A stretch of 64,000 nt of DNA. Source: Dehalococcoidia bacterium. Its GTDB lineage: Bacteria; Chloroflexota; Dehalococcoidia; Plut-88900. Location of the stretch: the NCBI GenBank assembly GCA_965197645.1, contig OZ240219.1:2240001-2304000 (forward strand). Reading direction: 5' to 3'. Shown here piece after piece: positions 20,482-30,062 of the stretch; positions within the stretch are counted from its first letter, which is position 1; every line of letters begins with the position of its first letter. The notes beneath the pieces were generated by a model, which was not told where the DNA came from, made no database searches, and saw only the letters and a program-made list of their open reading frames with translations. The translations under genes were made by a program, and so were the position numbers.

Positions 20482-21066
20482 TTACTCGTTATCGTATTTC
20501 GTAGAGGACTTGAAGGACTTGATCTGGCCGGTCTCGGGATGGAAGATGCACCGATCGATGGTCGCTAGGTCCTGACCGTAGACGTGGATCTCCACCGTCG
20601 GCTTGTCGTCGGTGTTGTCGATCTGGTGAATCTCGTCGATGCCGGGAATGAGAAGGCTGACCTCTCCGGGCTTGGAAAGCGTCTCCCTGTTCAGCTCCAG
20701 GAGGGCGCGTTCTTTGTTGGAGCCGTCGTCCAGCCGCCGGAATCTCTTCTCCTCCAACGTGTTGTCCAGCACCCCGATCATGCCCCAAGTGTGGTGGTCG
20801 TGGGGATCGACGTGGTCCCCGGGGCCCCAGACCTCTGCAGTAACCAGAAGCTCCGGTGATCGATGCAGCAGGTAGGAGCCGTGGGGCGCATCCCTGCCGG
20901 CCCGCACCGATGGGAGCTTGTACTTCTCCGGTATGCAGTTCTGGTTGCCGATCAAGCGCTCCAGCAGAGTTGAGGCCTTGTCCAGCACCTTTTCATCGTC
21001 CGGCTCCGCCGCTATCAGCTCGAGCATCTCGTGGGTGAAGTCGTCGAGCACATAACTTCCAGCCAT
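20482..21066 (-). CDS. Thiol dioxygenase (cysteine dioxygenase / 3-mercaptopropionate dioxygenase family cupin)
   Basis: WGPG...PHDHHTWG, IHQIDN, IHVYG. Confidence 0.85.
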   Translation of the reverse strand: MAGSYVLDDFTHEMLELIAAEPDDEKVLDKASTLLERLIGNQNCIPEKYKLPSVRAGRDAPHGSYLLHRSPELLVTAEVWGPGDHVDPHDHHTWGMIGVLDNTLEEKRFRRLDDGSNKERALLELNRETLSKPGEVSLLIPGIDEIHQIDNTDDKPTVEIHVYGQDLATIDRCIFHPETGQIKSFKSSTKYDNE

Positions 21067-21210
21067 CTCTCACACTCCCCTCCCAGCTTTAACCTATCCT
21101 TTGGACCTTCGACATTTTCATTATCCCGTTCGAGGGCACGGTGTCAAGCCGAACCAAATCAAAATGCGCGTGAGCGCCAGCGTACCATAGTAAAGAGATG
21201 TCTCTCCGGA

Positions 21211-22527
21211 CTAGTGCCCCTCGGACGCCAGTGCTATCGCCTCTTCCAGGATGGACAGACTGGTGTCCACCTGTGCCCGGGTTATGATCAGGGGCGGAGC
21301 TATTCGCGTGATGTTGCCGTGGTCCCCTCCGAACAGGATAAGCCCCCTCTCCAGGCACCGGGACCAAATCTTGTGGAGCAGCTCCGGCGCCGGTTCCCTG
21401 GTGTCCTTGCTCTGGACGATCTCTATGCCGAGAAGCAAGCCCAACCCTCGAACGTCGCCTAGAATCTCGAACCTGTCACGCAGGTCCTCCAGGCCCGACT
21501 TGAAGTAGGCACCCATGCGGGCGGCGTTCTCGACCAGGCCTTCGGTCTCGATGATATTGATATTCGCCAGCCCGACTCCGCACAGGAACGGGTCACCCGA
21601 ATGGGAGGACAACAGGGAGAACCCCTCGGTCTCCAGCTTCTCAGCCACCGACCGTCTCACTATCGTAGCGCTCAGCGGCACGGAGCCTCCCAGGGCCTTG
21701 GACACCGTGAGCACGTCTGGCACCACGTCGAAGTGCTCGATGGCGAACCACTTACCCGACCTGCCTATGCCGGTCTGGGCCTCGTCCAGGATCATCAGCG
21801 CCCCGCGCTCGTCGCAGAGACGCCGGACCTCCCGCATATACTCCACCGAAGGTACGAAGATGCCACCCGAGCTCAAGATAGGTTCCAGTATGATGGCAGC
21901 CGGCGAGCCGGCGGTGGTCTTGTCGAGGAACTCCACACCGTACTCGAGGCAGGTCAGGTTGCAGGAGCCGTTCTGCCTGCAGAAACGACATCTGTACGGG
22001 TTCGGGGTGGGCAGGAAGGCTGCTCCTGGCATCGTCGAGCCGTACCCCCGCTTCAGGTCGCTGCCTGCGGCCGTCACCGCTAGCGATCCCTGGGTAAGTC
22101 CGTGGTACCCACCGACCAGTCCGACTATCTCGTCCCGTCCGGTATAGAACTTGGCCATCCTCAGGGCGGCCTCGTTGGATTCCGAGCCTGTGTTGGCGAA
22201 GTAGGTCTTATCCAGGTCGCCGGGGGTCAAGTCCGCCAGCCTCTTCGCCAGCTTGATCTCCTCCGGCGTGGTGAAGGTGTAGCCCGTCTGCATGATCCGG
22301 CTTGCCTGAGCGGCAATCGCCTTCACCAGCTCGGGATGGCTGTGCCCGGCAGAGACGCAAATCTGGCCCGACATCAGGTCGATGTACTCGTTCCCTTCTA
22401 CGTCCCAGACCAGGCACCCCTCCCCCCGTTCCAGGACTATCGGGTAGGTGTTCCTGCTCTGCAGCCGGTACTCCTCGTTCTCGGCCATCCATTCTTCGTT
22501 CGTGGTGAATATAGGTGTCTCACCCAT
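21211..22527 (-). CDS. Class III PLP aminotransferase (dialkylglycine decarboxylase-like)
   Basis: TGSESNE, GYHG, EPILSSGG, LDEAQTGIGR, SKALGG; AGGAG SD before the ATG at 22527. Confidence 0.88.
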   Translation of the reverse strand: MGETPIFTTNEEWMAENEEYRLQSRNTYPIVLERGEGCLVWDVEGNEYIDLMSGQICVSAGHSHPELVKAIAAQASRIMQTGYTFTTPEEIKLAKRLADLTPGDLDKTYFANTGSESNEAALRMAKFYTGRDEIVGLVGGYHGLTQGSLAVTAAGSDLKRGYGSTMPGAAFLPTPNPYRCRFCRQNGSCNLTCLEYGVEFLDKTTAGSPAAIILEPILSSGGIFVPSVEYMREVRRLCDERGALMILDEAQTGIGRSGKWFAIEHFDVVPDVLTVSKALGGSVPLSATIVRRSVAEKLETEGFSLLSSHSGDPFLCGVGLANINIIETEGLVENAARMGAYFKSGLEDLRDRFEILGDVRGLGLLLGIEIVQSKDTREPAPELLHKIWSRCLERGLILFGGDHGNITRIAPPLIITRAQVDTSLSILEEAIALASEGH

Positions 22528-22570
22528 GTTGTAGTCTCCTCTGTGGCGACTGCCGGTAGTCGATTCGGGC

Positions 22571-23968
22571 TCAGTCCAACTGCGGGGGCTGCCAACCGCC
22601 CAGCTCCGACTCGATGTGCTTGGCGACAGCCAACGCGATATGATCACTCCACGGTTTGGCCCCAACCTGTACCCCGATGGGCAGTCCCTCCGGCGAGGTC
22701 CCTCCGCGCACCACGGCGCCGGGCCATCCGGTGAGGTTGTAGTACAGCACGTAGCTGAACCCTCGCAGCGAGTCCGGCTCCAGGCCCGTCCAATGGGGTG
22801 CGGCCGGTTCGGCGCCCACGGGGCTGATAATCACGTCGTAGTCGGCCATGTATCTCGTCATGCTGCGACGAAACTCATCCCACTGGGCCACGGTTGCGAC
22901 GACCTCCGCCGGAGACTCCGTTGCCGGGGATATCGTTTCCATCCAACGCTCGATCAGCGGATGAATACGTTTGGTACCGGCCGCTGCCAGCGTGGCTTTG
23001 GCGCCGGCCGCGCCCTCTATCCGCCACAGTCGGCGGGACAGTTCAAATGTGGTCGAGATGCATTCCGGGAGCGACTCCTCAACTCGAGCGCCAGCATCCT
23101 CCAGGCATCGGGCCGCTGCTTTCACCGCCTCTACAGTCTCCGCCGTCGGAGACTGGATGCCATTGTCCGTGTGGTACGAGACCCTGAGGGAACTTACATC
23201 AACCTCGGAGGGGTCTCCGAGAGGGCCGGGTATGATGGCCGGGTCCCTATCGTCGGGCCCGGCGATGATGGGCAGAGTCAGTATCAGGTCTTCTACGTAG
23301 CGGGCCATCGGGCCTACCTGAAACTTGAAGTCCAGGATGCCGCCTGCCGGACCGAAGTGGCCCGTTCGAGGTACACACCCGGAGGTCGGTTTGATACCGG
23401 CGATGCCGCAGTTGTGGGCCGGCTGCCGTATGCTGCCGCCGGAGTCGCTGCCGATGCCGAAGGGCGATCCCCCCGCCGCGATGATGGCCGCCTCTCCGCC
23501 GCTGCTGCCACCCGGCCCCCGTTCCAGATCGTAAGGGTTATTGCACCTTCCATAGACCAGGTTATCGCTCTCCCACAGCATGCTCAACTCGGGCAGGTTG
23601 GTCTTGCCCAGCATTATTCCCCCGGCGGCCTTCAATCGCTTTACCACCGTGGCATCCTCGGATGGCACGAAGGACGAGCGCCCCTCCGTGCCACCGGTCG
23701 AAACGACTCCGGCCGTCTCCAAGGCGTCCTTGATGGTCATCGGGACTCCGTGCAGAGGTCCCGTAGTCCGGCCTTTCGCCAGCTCCTCGTCTGCCTCCCG
23801 CGCCTGGGCCATGGCCTCGTCGCCGGTCACCACGACCACCGCGTTAATCTGGGGATTGACCTCCTGGATCCTGTCCAAGTGGGCCTGCACCACCTCCGTG
23901 GACGAGACTTTCTTATCTCGGATCGCCTGGGCGATACTGACGGCTGAGGAATGTAAGAGGTCTTTCAT
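22571..23968 (-). CDS. Amidase signature family enzyme (paralog group A)
   Basis: PMTIKD, GGSSGGEAA, GSDSGGSIRQP. Confidence 0.93.
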   Translation of the reverse strand: MKDLLHSSAVSIAQAIRDKKVSSTEVVQAHLDRIQEVNPQINAVVVVTGDEAMAQAREADEELAKGRTTGPLHGVPMTIKDALETAGVVSTGGTEGRSSFVPSEDATVVKRLKAAGGIMLGKTNLPELSMLWESDNLVYGRCNNPYDLERGPGGSSGGEAAIIAAGGSPFGIGSDSGGSIRQPAHNCGIAGIKPTSGCVPRTGHFGPAGGILDFKFQVGPMARYVEDLILTLPIIAGPDDRDPAIIPGPLGDPSEVDVSSLRVSYHTDNGIQSPTAETVEAVKAAARCLEDAGARVEESLPECISTTFELSRRLWRIEGAAGAKATLAAAGTKRIHPLIERWMETISPATESPAEVVATVAQWDEFRRSMTRYMADYDVIISPVGAEPAAPHWTGLEPDSLRGFSYVLYYNLTGWPGAVVRGGTSPEGLPIGVQVGAKPWSDHIALAVAKHIESELGGWQPPQLD

Positions 23969-24004
23969 GTCTAGTTCCGCCTCCTTGTACTGTCTACGAC
24001 CGCT

Positions 24005-24936
24005 CTACTTGAAGTGGGGAATCACCTCACTACTGAAGGTCTCTAGCTGCTTGGCCGACTCCGACGGTGGGCAGCACTGGGTGATTATGAAGTGGCTGAT
24101 TCCCAGCTCCGCGAACCGTTCGATGCTCTCGATACAGTCTTCGGGAGTGCCCAGCCCGTAGCTCCTGTCGAGCTTCACGTCCCACGGCACACCGAGCGCA
24201 GCTTCGATCTGCTGTTGTGCCATCTTCCGGGCTTGCGCCTTGGTTTCTCCCAGGCAAGTCCATAACGTCCCGGCCCACTTTATCGAATCGGGATTACGCC
24301 CATAGGAAGCGGCCAGCGCCCGAATGGCGTCCTGGGTCTCCTTGTACAGACCGGAGGGTGTGTCGGCGGGGAAGATGAAGGTGTCCGCGTGACGAGCGGC
24401 GCGCCGGAGGGCCGCCTTGGCGATTTTTCCGTCCAACGAGCACCTACCCATATGGGGATGCCTGGCTCCTGCGCCGGTCTCGGTTCGATGGACACGTCCT
24501 CGAAGCTGTAGTACCGGCCCTCGTAATCAACTCCAGTCCCGCTCAGCAAGCTATCGAGAATAGCCAGCCGCTCGTCGGTCAGCTTACCCCGCTGGCTCGG
24601 GTCTATCCCTTCGATCTCCAGGTCCTTGGGGACTACGCCTCCCATGCCCACGCCGAGGGTCAGACGGCCTCCCGAGAGCAGGTCCACGGATGATGCCGCC
24701 TTTGCCAGCTGGAAGGGGCTTCGCAGCGCCAGGGCCACAACGCCCGTTCCCAACCTGAGGGAACTGGTGTGCTGGGCTACCGCGGCCAGCAGGACCATGG
24801 GGTCGAAGGTGGGAATGGTGAGAAACTCGGGCGCCCAGTAGGTATGGAAGCCCCAGGCTTCGGCCTGTTTGCCCAGGCTTATGGGCTCTATCCCCCTGTT
24901 CAGGGAATGGGTAACGCCGAATTCCACTCTAGCCAC
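24005..24936 (-). pseudogene. LLM-class flavin-dependent oxidoreductase split by a 1-nt frameshift (or a sequence error)
   Basis: N-half 24280..24936 (WAPE, DPMVLL, LGTGV, PIWVG) and C-half 24005..24451 (ALRRAARHAD, GTPEDC) join if the A5 run (T5 at 24424-24428 on +) is A6, giving ~310 aa. Confidence 0.8.
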
Positions 24937-25093
24937 GATGGTATTCTACCCGTCGATTGCTATTTGTCTCAAGGGCGAACTACGACACTGAGAGAGACCG
25001 TTTGCTGACACGGACGCCGCCATCTGCTATGCACCTCGAACTGGCAGGAATCGAGAGTGCATCCGAATAGAGCGGTCCGGAGCGACTGACCGG

Positions 25094-26503
25094 CTACTCC
25101 AGGACAACCTGGACGATAAAGGCATCGGTGCTGCCGAGCTTGCGCTGGGTTGGCAGGGCGTCCTCCGTCCGTCCGGTGATGTAGATCTCTCCGGAAGCTG
25201 CCGAGGCTATCCCGGTCGCCTTGTCGAAGGGAGTGGACGTCAGCTGTATCCTGGTCAACTCAGCGCCCGAGGGATCGTAGGTGGTGAGGAAGGAATCGGC
25301 GCCGACTGCCGTCGCCCTCGCAACGATTATTCCCAGCGTCCAGCCCGCCGCCTGGATAGTGCCATCGGCGCTGATGGCCAGGTCGCGGATTTCGTCCTCG
25401 CTGTTGGAGCCGAACTGGAGGGTCCAGAGGAGACCCGCCGTCGAGTCGTATTTCCTGAGGAAAGCATCCGCGCCGCCGGCGCTCTCGGCATCACCCAGCG
25501 AACCGCTTGTGCCGCCCCCAACGTATACGTTTCCCTCCCCATCCACGGCTATGGCGAAAGCGTCATCCTTCCTGAACGTCCCGAATTGAACAGTCCATAT
25601 CTCCGTTCCAAGAGGATCGTACTTGCGCACAAACGCATCCTCGATTCCGTACGCCGATTGACCCGGTAGGGCGTCACCGACGGTACCGGCAATGTAGACG
25701 TTGCCTTCACCATCGATGGTTACGTCGTGAGCGATATCATCTTCGTCCGTGCCCAGCTGGACCGTCCAGACCTCGTGGCTGTCCGGGTCCAGGACGGTCA
25801 AGAAGATGTCCTGGTCGCCCAACGCCTCCTGCTCCGGTAGCACGCCAGAGGTGACGCCGGCCACGGCGATGTTTCCGGAACCGCCTATCGCTACTTTGAA
25901 CGCCTCGTCCTCTTCGGCGGTCCCGAACTGGGCGATCCATATCTGCTCGCCCGAAGAATCCAGCTTTTCGACGAAGGCGTCCTTACCTCCGGCGTTCGGC
26001 TGGGGCGAAAGCTCACCCGTCGTGCTGCCAACCACGTAAATCTCGCCGTCCGGGTTGATCGAGATGCCGTTGGCAATGTCCGCCTCTTCGGTCCCGAGCT
26101 GTACGACCCAGGCGGAGCTTCCATCCGGGTTGTAGCGTTGGATGAAGGAGTCCCTCGATCCGATGTTGTCTTGCTCCGGAAAGGCGCCGGCGGTGGTGCC
26201 CGTGACGTAGATGTTGTCCTCGGAGTCAAGGGCGATGTCCAGCGCCAGATCGGTGGAACGGGACCCGAACTGGCGTACCCACGTTACCGGCAGATCAGTG
26301 TATCCGGGATGCGTCGATGTCCTGGTGCTTGTGGCCGGTGCCGTGGTAAGTGTAGGGGTAGGCTCGGGGTCTTCCGCAGGCTCCGCTCCGGGGTCAACGC
26401 CTCCACACGCCAAGGCGGCGATGGTGACGGTCACGACAAGAAAAATCGCTATCAACCAGCGCTGCGCACCCGAAGACCAGATGTTTGTAAGTGGGCTGAT
26501 CAA
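25094..26503 (-). CDS. SBBP-repeat beta-propeller lipoprotein
   Basis: Lipobox ALAC, P/T linker, ~7 repeats of W..QFGT...D.A..IA.D..GN.YV.G.T.G; start codon uncertain. Confidence 0.82.
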   Translation of the reverse strand: MISPLTNIWSSGAQRWLIAIFLVVTVTIAALACGGVDPGAEPAEDPEPTPTLTTAPATSTRTSTHPGYTDLPVTWVRQFGSRSTDLALDIALDSEDNIYVTGTTAGAFPEQDNIGSRDSFIQRYNPDGSSAWVVQLGTEEADIANGISINPDGEIYVVGSTTGELSPQPNAGGKDAFVEKLDSSGEQIWIAQFGTAEEDEAFKVAIGGSGNIAVAGVTSGVLPEQEALGDQDIFLTVLDPDSHEVWTVQLGTDEDDIAHDVTIDGEGNVYIAGTVGDALPGQSAYGIEDAFVRKYDPLGTEIWTVQFGTFRKDDAFAIAVDGEGNVYVGGGTSGSLGDAESAGGADAFLRKYDSTAGLLWTLQFGSNSEDEIRDLAISADGTIQAAGWTLGIIVARATAVGADSFLTTYDPSGAELTRIQLTSTPFDKATGIASAASGEIYITGRTEDALPTQRKLGSTDAFIVQVVLE

Positions 26504-26581
26504 CTTGTGATTCCTAGCTTCCTAAGACCAAAATGAAAACGGAAATCCGGCGCCAAAGGTTGCAGGATACCGATTGGCGGA

Positions 26582-27976
26582 CTATAGATTCGGCGCCTGC
26601 CAACCTCCGGTTACGCCCTCGATATGAGCGGCAAGGGCCAGGGCCACGTCTTCCCGCCATGGCCGACCCACTACCTGCACCCCAATCGGCAGCCCGTCGG
26701 CGGTTTCACCGGCGCGAACTACCGCCCCCGGCCAGCCTGTCAGATTATGGGTCATGGTGTAGCTGAACGAGGTGGATACATCCTCATCGATGGATGTGCC
26801 GTGGGCTATCGCTGGGAAAGCGTTGGTAGGGCACAAGATGGCATCGTAGGTCTCCATTGTGGAGAGCATGCTGCTGCGAAAATCGTCCCACGCCGATAGT
26901 GCGGCTGCGAGACCGGCCGCATCCACCGCCTTTCCTGCGCCCCTCTCGAAGATGTGTGAGATGAACGGGGACGGTTCAGCGGTACCGGCTTTCTCCAGCT
27001 CCAAACGGAGCTCCGCTCCACCGTCCGCCGAGCCTATCCTTTCAGCCACGTCGTTCGCCCCTTCGATGCCGTTGGGACGGGTCTCTTCAACCCGGATCCC
27101 AGCATCGGAGAGCGCTTTGGCACATTCCCGCACCACCCGGTCTATGTCGTCGGTGGGGGCGATGATGCCGTTGTCCGTGTGGAAGGCCACCCTCAAGCTG
27201 GTCAGGTCCACGTCTCCAGGGTCCCCTAGAGGCATCGGCACGATGGCCTGGTCCACCCAGTCAGGTCCGGAGATGATCGGTAGACTCAACGCTAGGTCCT
27301 CGACGAACCGGGCCATCGGACCTATCTGGAACGTCGAGTCCTGCAGCCCGTTGAATCTCGGGTAGTGGCCCGTTCGCGGTACCCGGCCCGAGGTCGGCTT
27401 GATTCCGGCTATTCCCGCAAAGTGGGCAGGTAGCCGAATGCTCCCACCCGAGTCGCTCCCCAGACCCAGAGGGGAGCCTCCGGAAGCTATCAGGGCCGAT
27501 TCTCCGCCGCTGCTTCCACCCGGGGTGCGGGATAGATCGTAGGGGTTGTTGGTTTGTCCATAGACCAGGTTGGCGCTTTCATAGGCCATGACGAACTCGG
27601 GCACGTTGGTGTGACCCAGCAGTATGGCCCCGGCTTCTTTCATTCTGGCTGATACGGTGGCGTCCTTCTCGGCCACGTATTCGGCACGGCCCGTGGTACC
27701 GCCGCTGGTTATCACACCGGCGTTCTCTATGCTGTCCTTGACCGTGAAGGGAACGCCGTGCAGCGGGCCCACTACTTCGCCCTTGGCCAGGGCCTCGTCC
27801 GCCTTCTTCGCCTGGGCCGTCGCCGAGTCCGCCGTGAGCTGCACCATGGCGTTTAGCTTGGGATTCACCTCTTCGATACGGCGAAGGTGGGCTTCGATCA
27901 CCTCTTGCGAAGAGACCTTCCTGTGCCTGATGTCTCTTGCCAGCTGGGTAGCCGATGCGTAAATGATCTCATCCAT
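26582..27976 (-). CDS. Amidase signature family enzyme (paralog group A)
   Basis: PFTVKD, GGSSGGESA, GSDSGGSIRLP. Confidence 0.93.
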   Translation of the reverse strand: MDEIIYASATQLARDIRHRKVSSQEVIEAHLRRIEEVNPKLNAMVQLTADSATAQAKKADEALAKGEVVGPLHGVPFTVKDSIENAGVITSGGTTGRAEYVAEKDATVSARMKEAGAILLGHTNVPEFVMAYESANLVYGQTNNPYDLSRTPGGSSGGESALIASGGSPLGLGSDSGGSIRLPAHFAGIAGIKPTSGRVPRTGHYPRFNGLQDSTFQIGPMARFVEDLALSLPIISGPDWVDQAIVPMPLGDPGDVDLTSLRVAFHTDNGIIAPTDDIDRVVRECAKALSDAGIRVEETRPNGIEGANDVAERIGSADGGAELRLELEKAGTAEPSPFISHIFERGAGKAVDAAGLAAALSAWDDFRSSMLSTMETYDAILCPTNAFPAIAHGTSIDEDVSTSFSYTMTHNLTGWPGAVVRAGETADGLPIGVQVVGRPWREDVALALAAHIEGVTGGWQAPNL

Positions 27977-28208
27977 GAATGTCCCCTCCGAGAGGTTTGG
28001 GGCCGACTCAACTTGTCTATGACAATCGGGTCCGGGAGACTGCCTCGACTAGTGCCCCATGATACCCCTAGAGGTTCCCACTGGCAATCCGCGCCGCCGA
28101 TTTTTCCCGTGGGTTGCAGACCATGCACCATTCGCCACCCTGCGTAGAAGCCTGCTACTATAGACAATCTCTGCCATCTTCTAGCTCAAACCGTTGGAGG
28201 TTGCACCT

Positions 28209-28982
28209 ATGACCGATCGACTAAAAGGCAAGGTAGCCCTGGTCACTGGAGGGAGCACTGGCTTGGGAAGGGCCACCGCCCTAGCTTACGGGCGAGGGGG
28301 TGCTTCCGTAGTGGTGTCGGCCCGCCGCACTGGTATGATCGAGGAAGTGGCGGCGTCCATCAACGGTTCCGGCGGGAAGGCTATCGCCGTTACCGCGGAT
28401 GTCGCTTCGGACGGCGATGTCAAGGCTTTGATCGACGCTACTATCGATACCTACGGCCGCATCGACGTCGCCTTCAATAACGCCGGCATAGGCGGCGCCG
28501 ATGGGTTGACCCACGAGATCAGCGTGGAAGATTACGATCAAACCATGGACATCAACCTGAAGGGCTTATGGCTGTGCATGAAGTACGAGCTTCCCCACAT
28601 GATCGAGCAGGGGAGCGGCTCGATAGTCAACATGTCCTCATCGGCCGGAGTCATGGGCTGGAACGAGTTCCCCATCTACACTGCCAGCAAGTGGGGCATA
28701 GTCGGCCTGACCAAAGCTGCAGCACTTCAATACGCTCCCATGGGGATACGGATCAACGCTGTATGCCCCGCTTTTACCCTCGTAGAGAGCATGGCTGCCG
28801 GTATGGCTGAGGACCAGTCGCTTGAGGCCAAGATGGTCTCGACCATTCCGTTGGGAAGGATAGGTACAGCGGAGGAGGTGGCCGAAGCGGTGGTGTGGCT
28901 GTCTTCGGATGAGTCGTCCTTCTGCGTCGGCCATGCGTTGACCCTGGACGGTGGTCAGACCAGCGGCCTGTGGAAGTACTAG
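28209..28982 (+). CDS. Short-chain dehydrogenase/reductase
   Basis: TGGSTGLG, NNAG, YTASK; GGAGG SD before the ATG at 28209. Confidence 0.92.
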   Translation: MTDRLKGKVALVTGGSTGLGRATALAYGRGGASVVVSARRTGMIEEVAASINGSGGKAIAVTADVASDGDVKALIDATIDTYGRIDVAFNNAGIGGADGLTHEISVEDYDQTMDINLKGLWLCMKYELPHMIEQGSGSIVNMSSSAGVMGWNEFPIYTASKWGIVGLTKAAALQYAPMGIRINAVCPAFTLVESMAAGMAEDQSLEAKMVSTIPLGRIGTAEEVAEAVVWLSSDESSFCVGHALTLDGGQTSGLWKY

Positions 28983-29025
28983 CCGCCTCCGGTTCAAAGA
29001 GAGCAGCGACCAGCGTCAGGATGTC

Positions 29026-30027
29026 CTAGCGGTCCAGGCCGATGGCAGCGCCCGCGCCCCGCATGCGGGGGTCCAGAATATCGCGAAGTCCGTCACCCAG
29101 CACGTTGATGGCAAATACCACCATCGAGATGATCACCCCGGGCACTATCGCCATCCAGGGCGCCCTGAAGAGGTAGTCCCGACCCTGGAAGCTGAGCATG
29201 TTGCCCCAGGAGGGGTTGGGCGGCGGCACTCCGTAGCCCAGGAAGCTCAGCACGGCCTCCGACAGAATGGCGAACCCCATCGTCAAGGTGGCCATCGTGA
29301 TAATCGGGGCCATGATGTTGGGCAGCATGTGCCGGAACATTATTCTCGTACCCGGCGCTCCCAGCGCCTTGGCGGCGTCGACGTACTGGTTCTCCTTGGC
29401 GCTCAGCGCCGCCGACCTGATGATACGAGATACCCAGGCGATGTCCAGGATGCCCAGTGTAAATATAACCTTCAGCACTCCCCACCAGCTGGTATCTATC
29501 CAATCGACGGGGGAACGCTGGGGCAAGGTGGTCACAATGACCAGCAGGGCGACAAGCCATGGAAATACCATGACGCCGTCTACGATGCGTTGGATCGAGG
29601 TATCTATCTTGCCGCCAAGGAAGGCTGAGCCTAATCCCACGATGGTGGCAAAGGTAATCCCCAGCAGGATCGTGCCCAACCCCACTATCAACGATATCCT
29701 GGCGCCATAGATTACGAGGCTCAGCACGTCCCGGCCCCGTTCGTCCAGTCCGAAGGGGTGGCCCCAACTGGGGCCTACGTACTGGATGGCCTGGTAGCCC
29801 GCATCCGTGTCTACGAGCTCCAGCCTCTCCATGTGCTGCTCTTTGTAGCTCTCCGGCGCCACGAAGTTGGCGAAGATGCCGGAGAAGAAGAAGACCGCCA
29901 GTATCACCAGACCGACCGTAGCGAGACGCTTCTCCTTTATCACCCGGCCCCAAACGCTTACCCAGATGGGGAGGTTTCTTCGTCTCTTATAGGGCCATTG
30001 TGGCTCGGCTACAGCGACATCGGCCAT
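29026..30027 (-). CDS. Dpp/Opp-type ABC permease (DppC-like)
   Basis: HPFGLDERGRD, GARISL, YVDAAKALGA (EAA loop), LSFLGYG..PSWG, LGDGLRDILDPR. Confidence 0.92.
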   Translation of the reverse strand: MADVAVAEPQWPYKRRRNLPIWVSVWGRVIKEKRLATVGLVILAVFFFSGIFANFVAPESYKEQHMERLELVDTDAGYQAIQYVGPSWGHPFGLDERGRDVLSLVIYGARISLIVGLGTILLGITFATIVGLGSAFLGGKIDTSIQRIVDGVMVFPWLVALLVIVTTLPQRSPVDWIDTSWWGVLKVIFTLGILDIAWVSRIIRSAALSAKENQYVDAAKALGAPGTRIMFRHMLPNIMAPIITMATLTMGFAILSEAVLSFLGYGVPPPNPSWGNMLSFQGRDYLFRAPWMAIVPGVIISMVVFAINVLGDGLRDILDPRMRGAGAAIGLDR

Positions 30028-30062
30028 GCGCTTATCTCGCTTCCCTGAGCTCTCTCATACCG

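Noticed and set aside
24420-24432. Programmed -1 ribosomal frameshift in the LLM gene
   Set aside because: G-GAA-AAA is not a canonical X-XXY-YYZ site and half an LLM barrel has no plausible function; an indel is simpler
25094-26300. CRISPR or nucleotide tandem array
   Set aside because: The periodicity is at protein level (SBBP repeats) with degenerate codons; no identical repeat-spacer units were seen anywhere in the window
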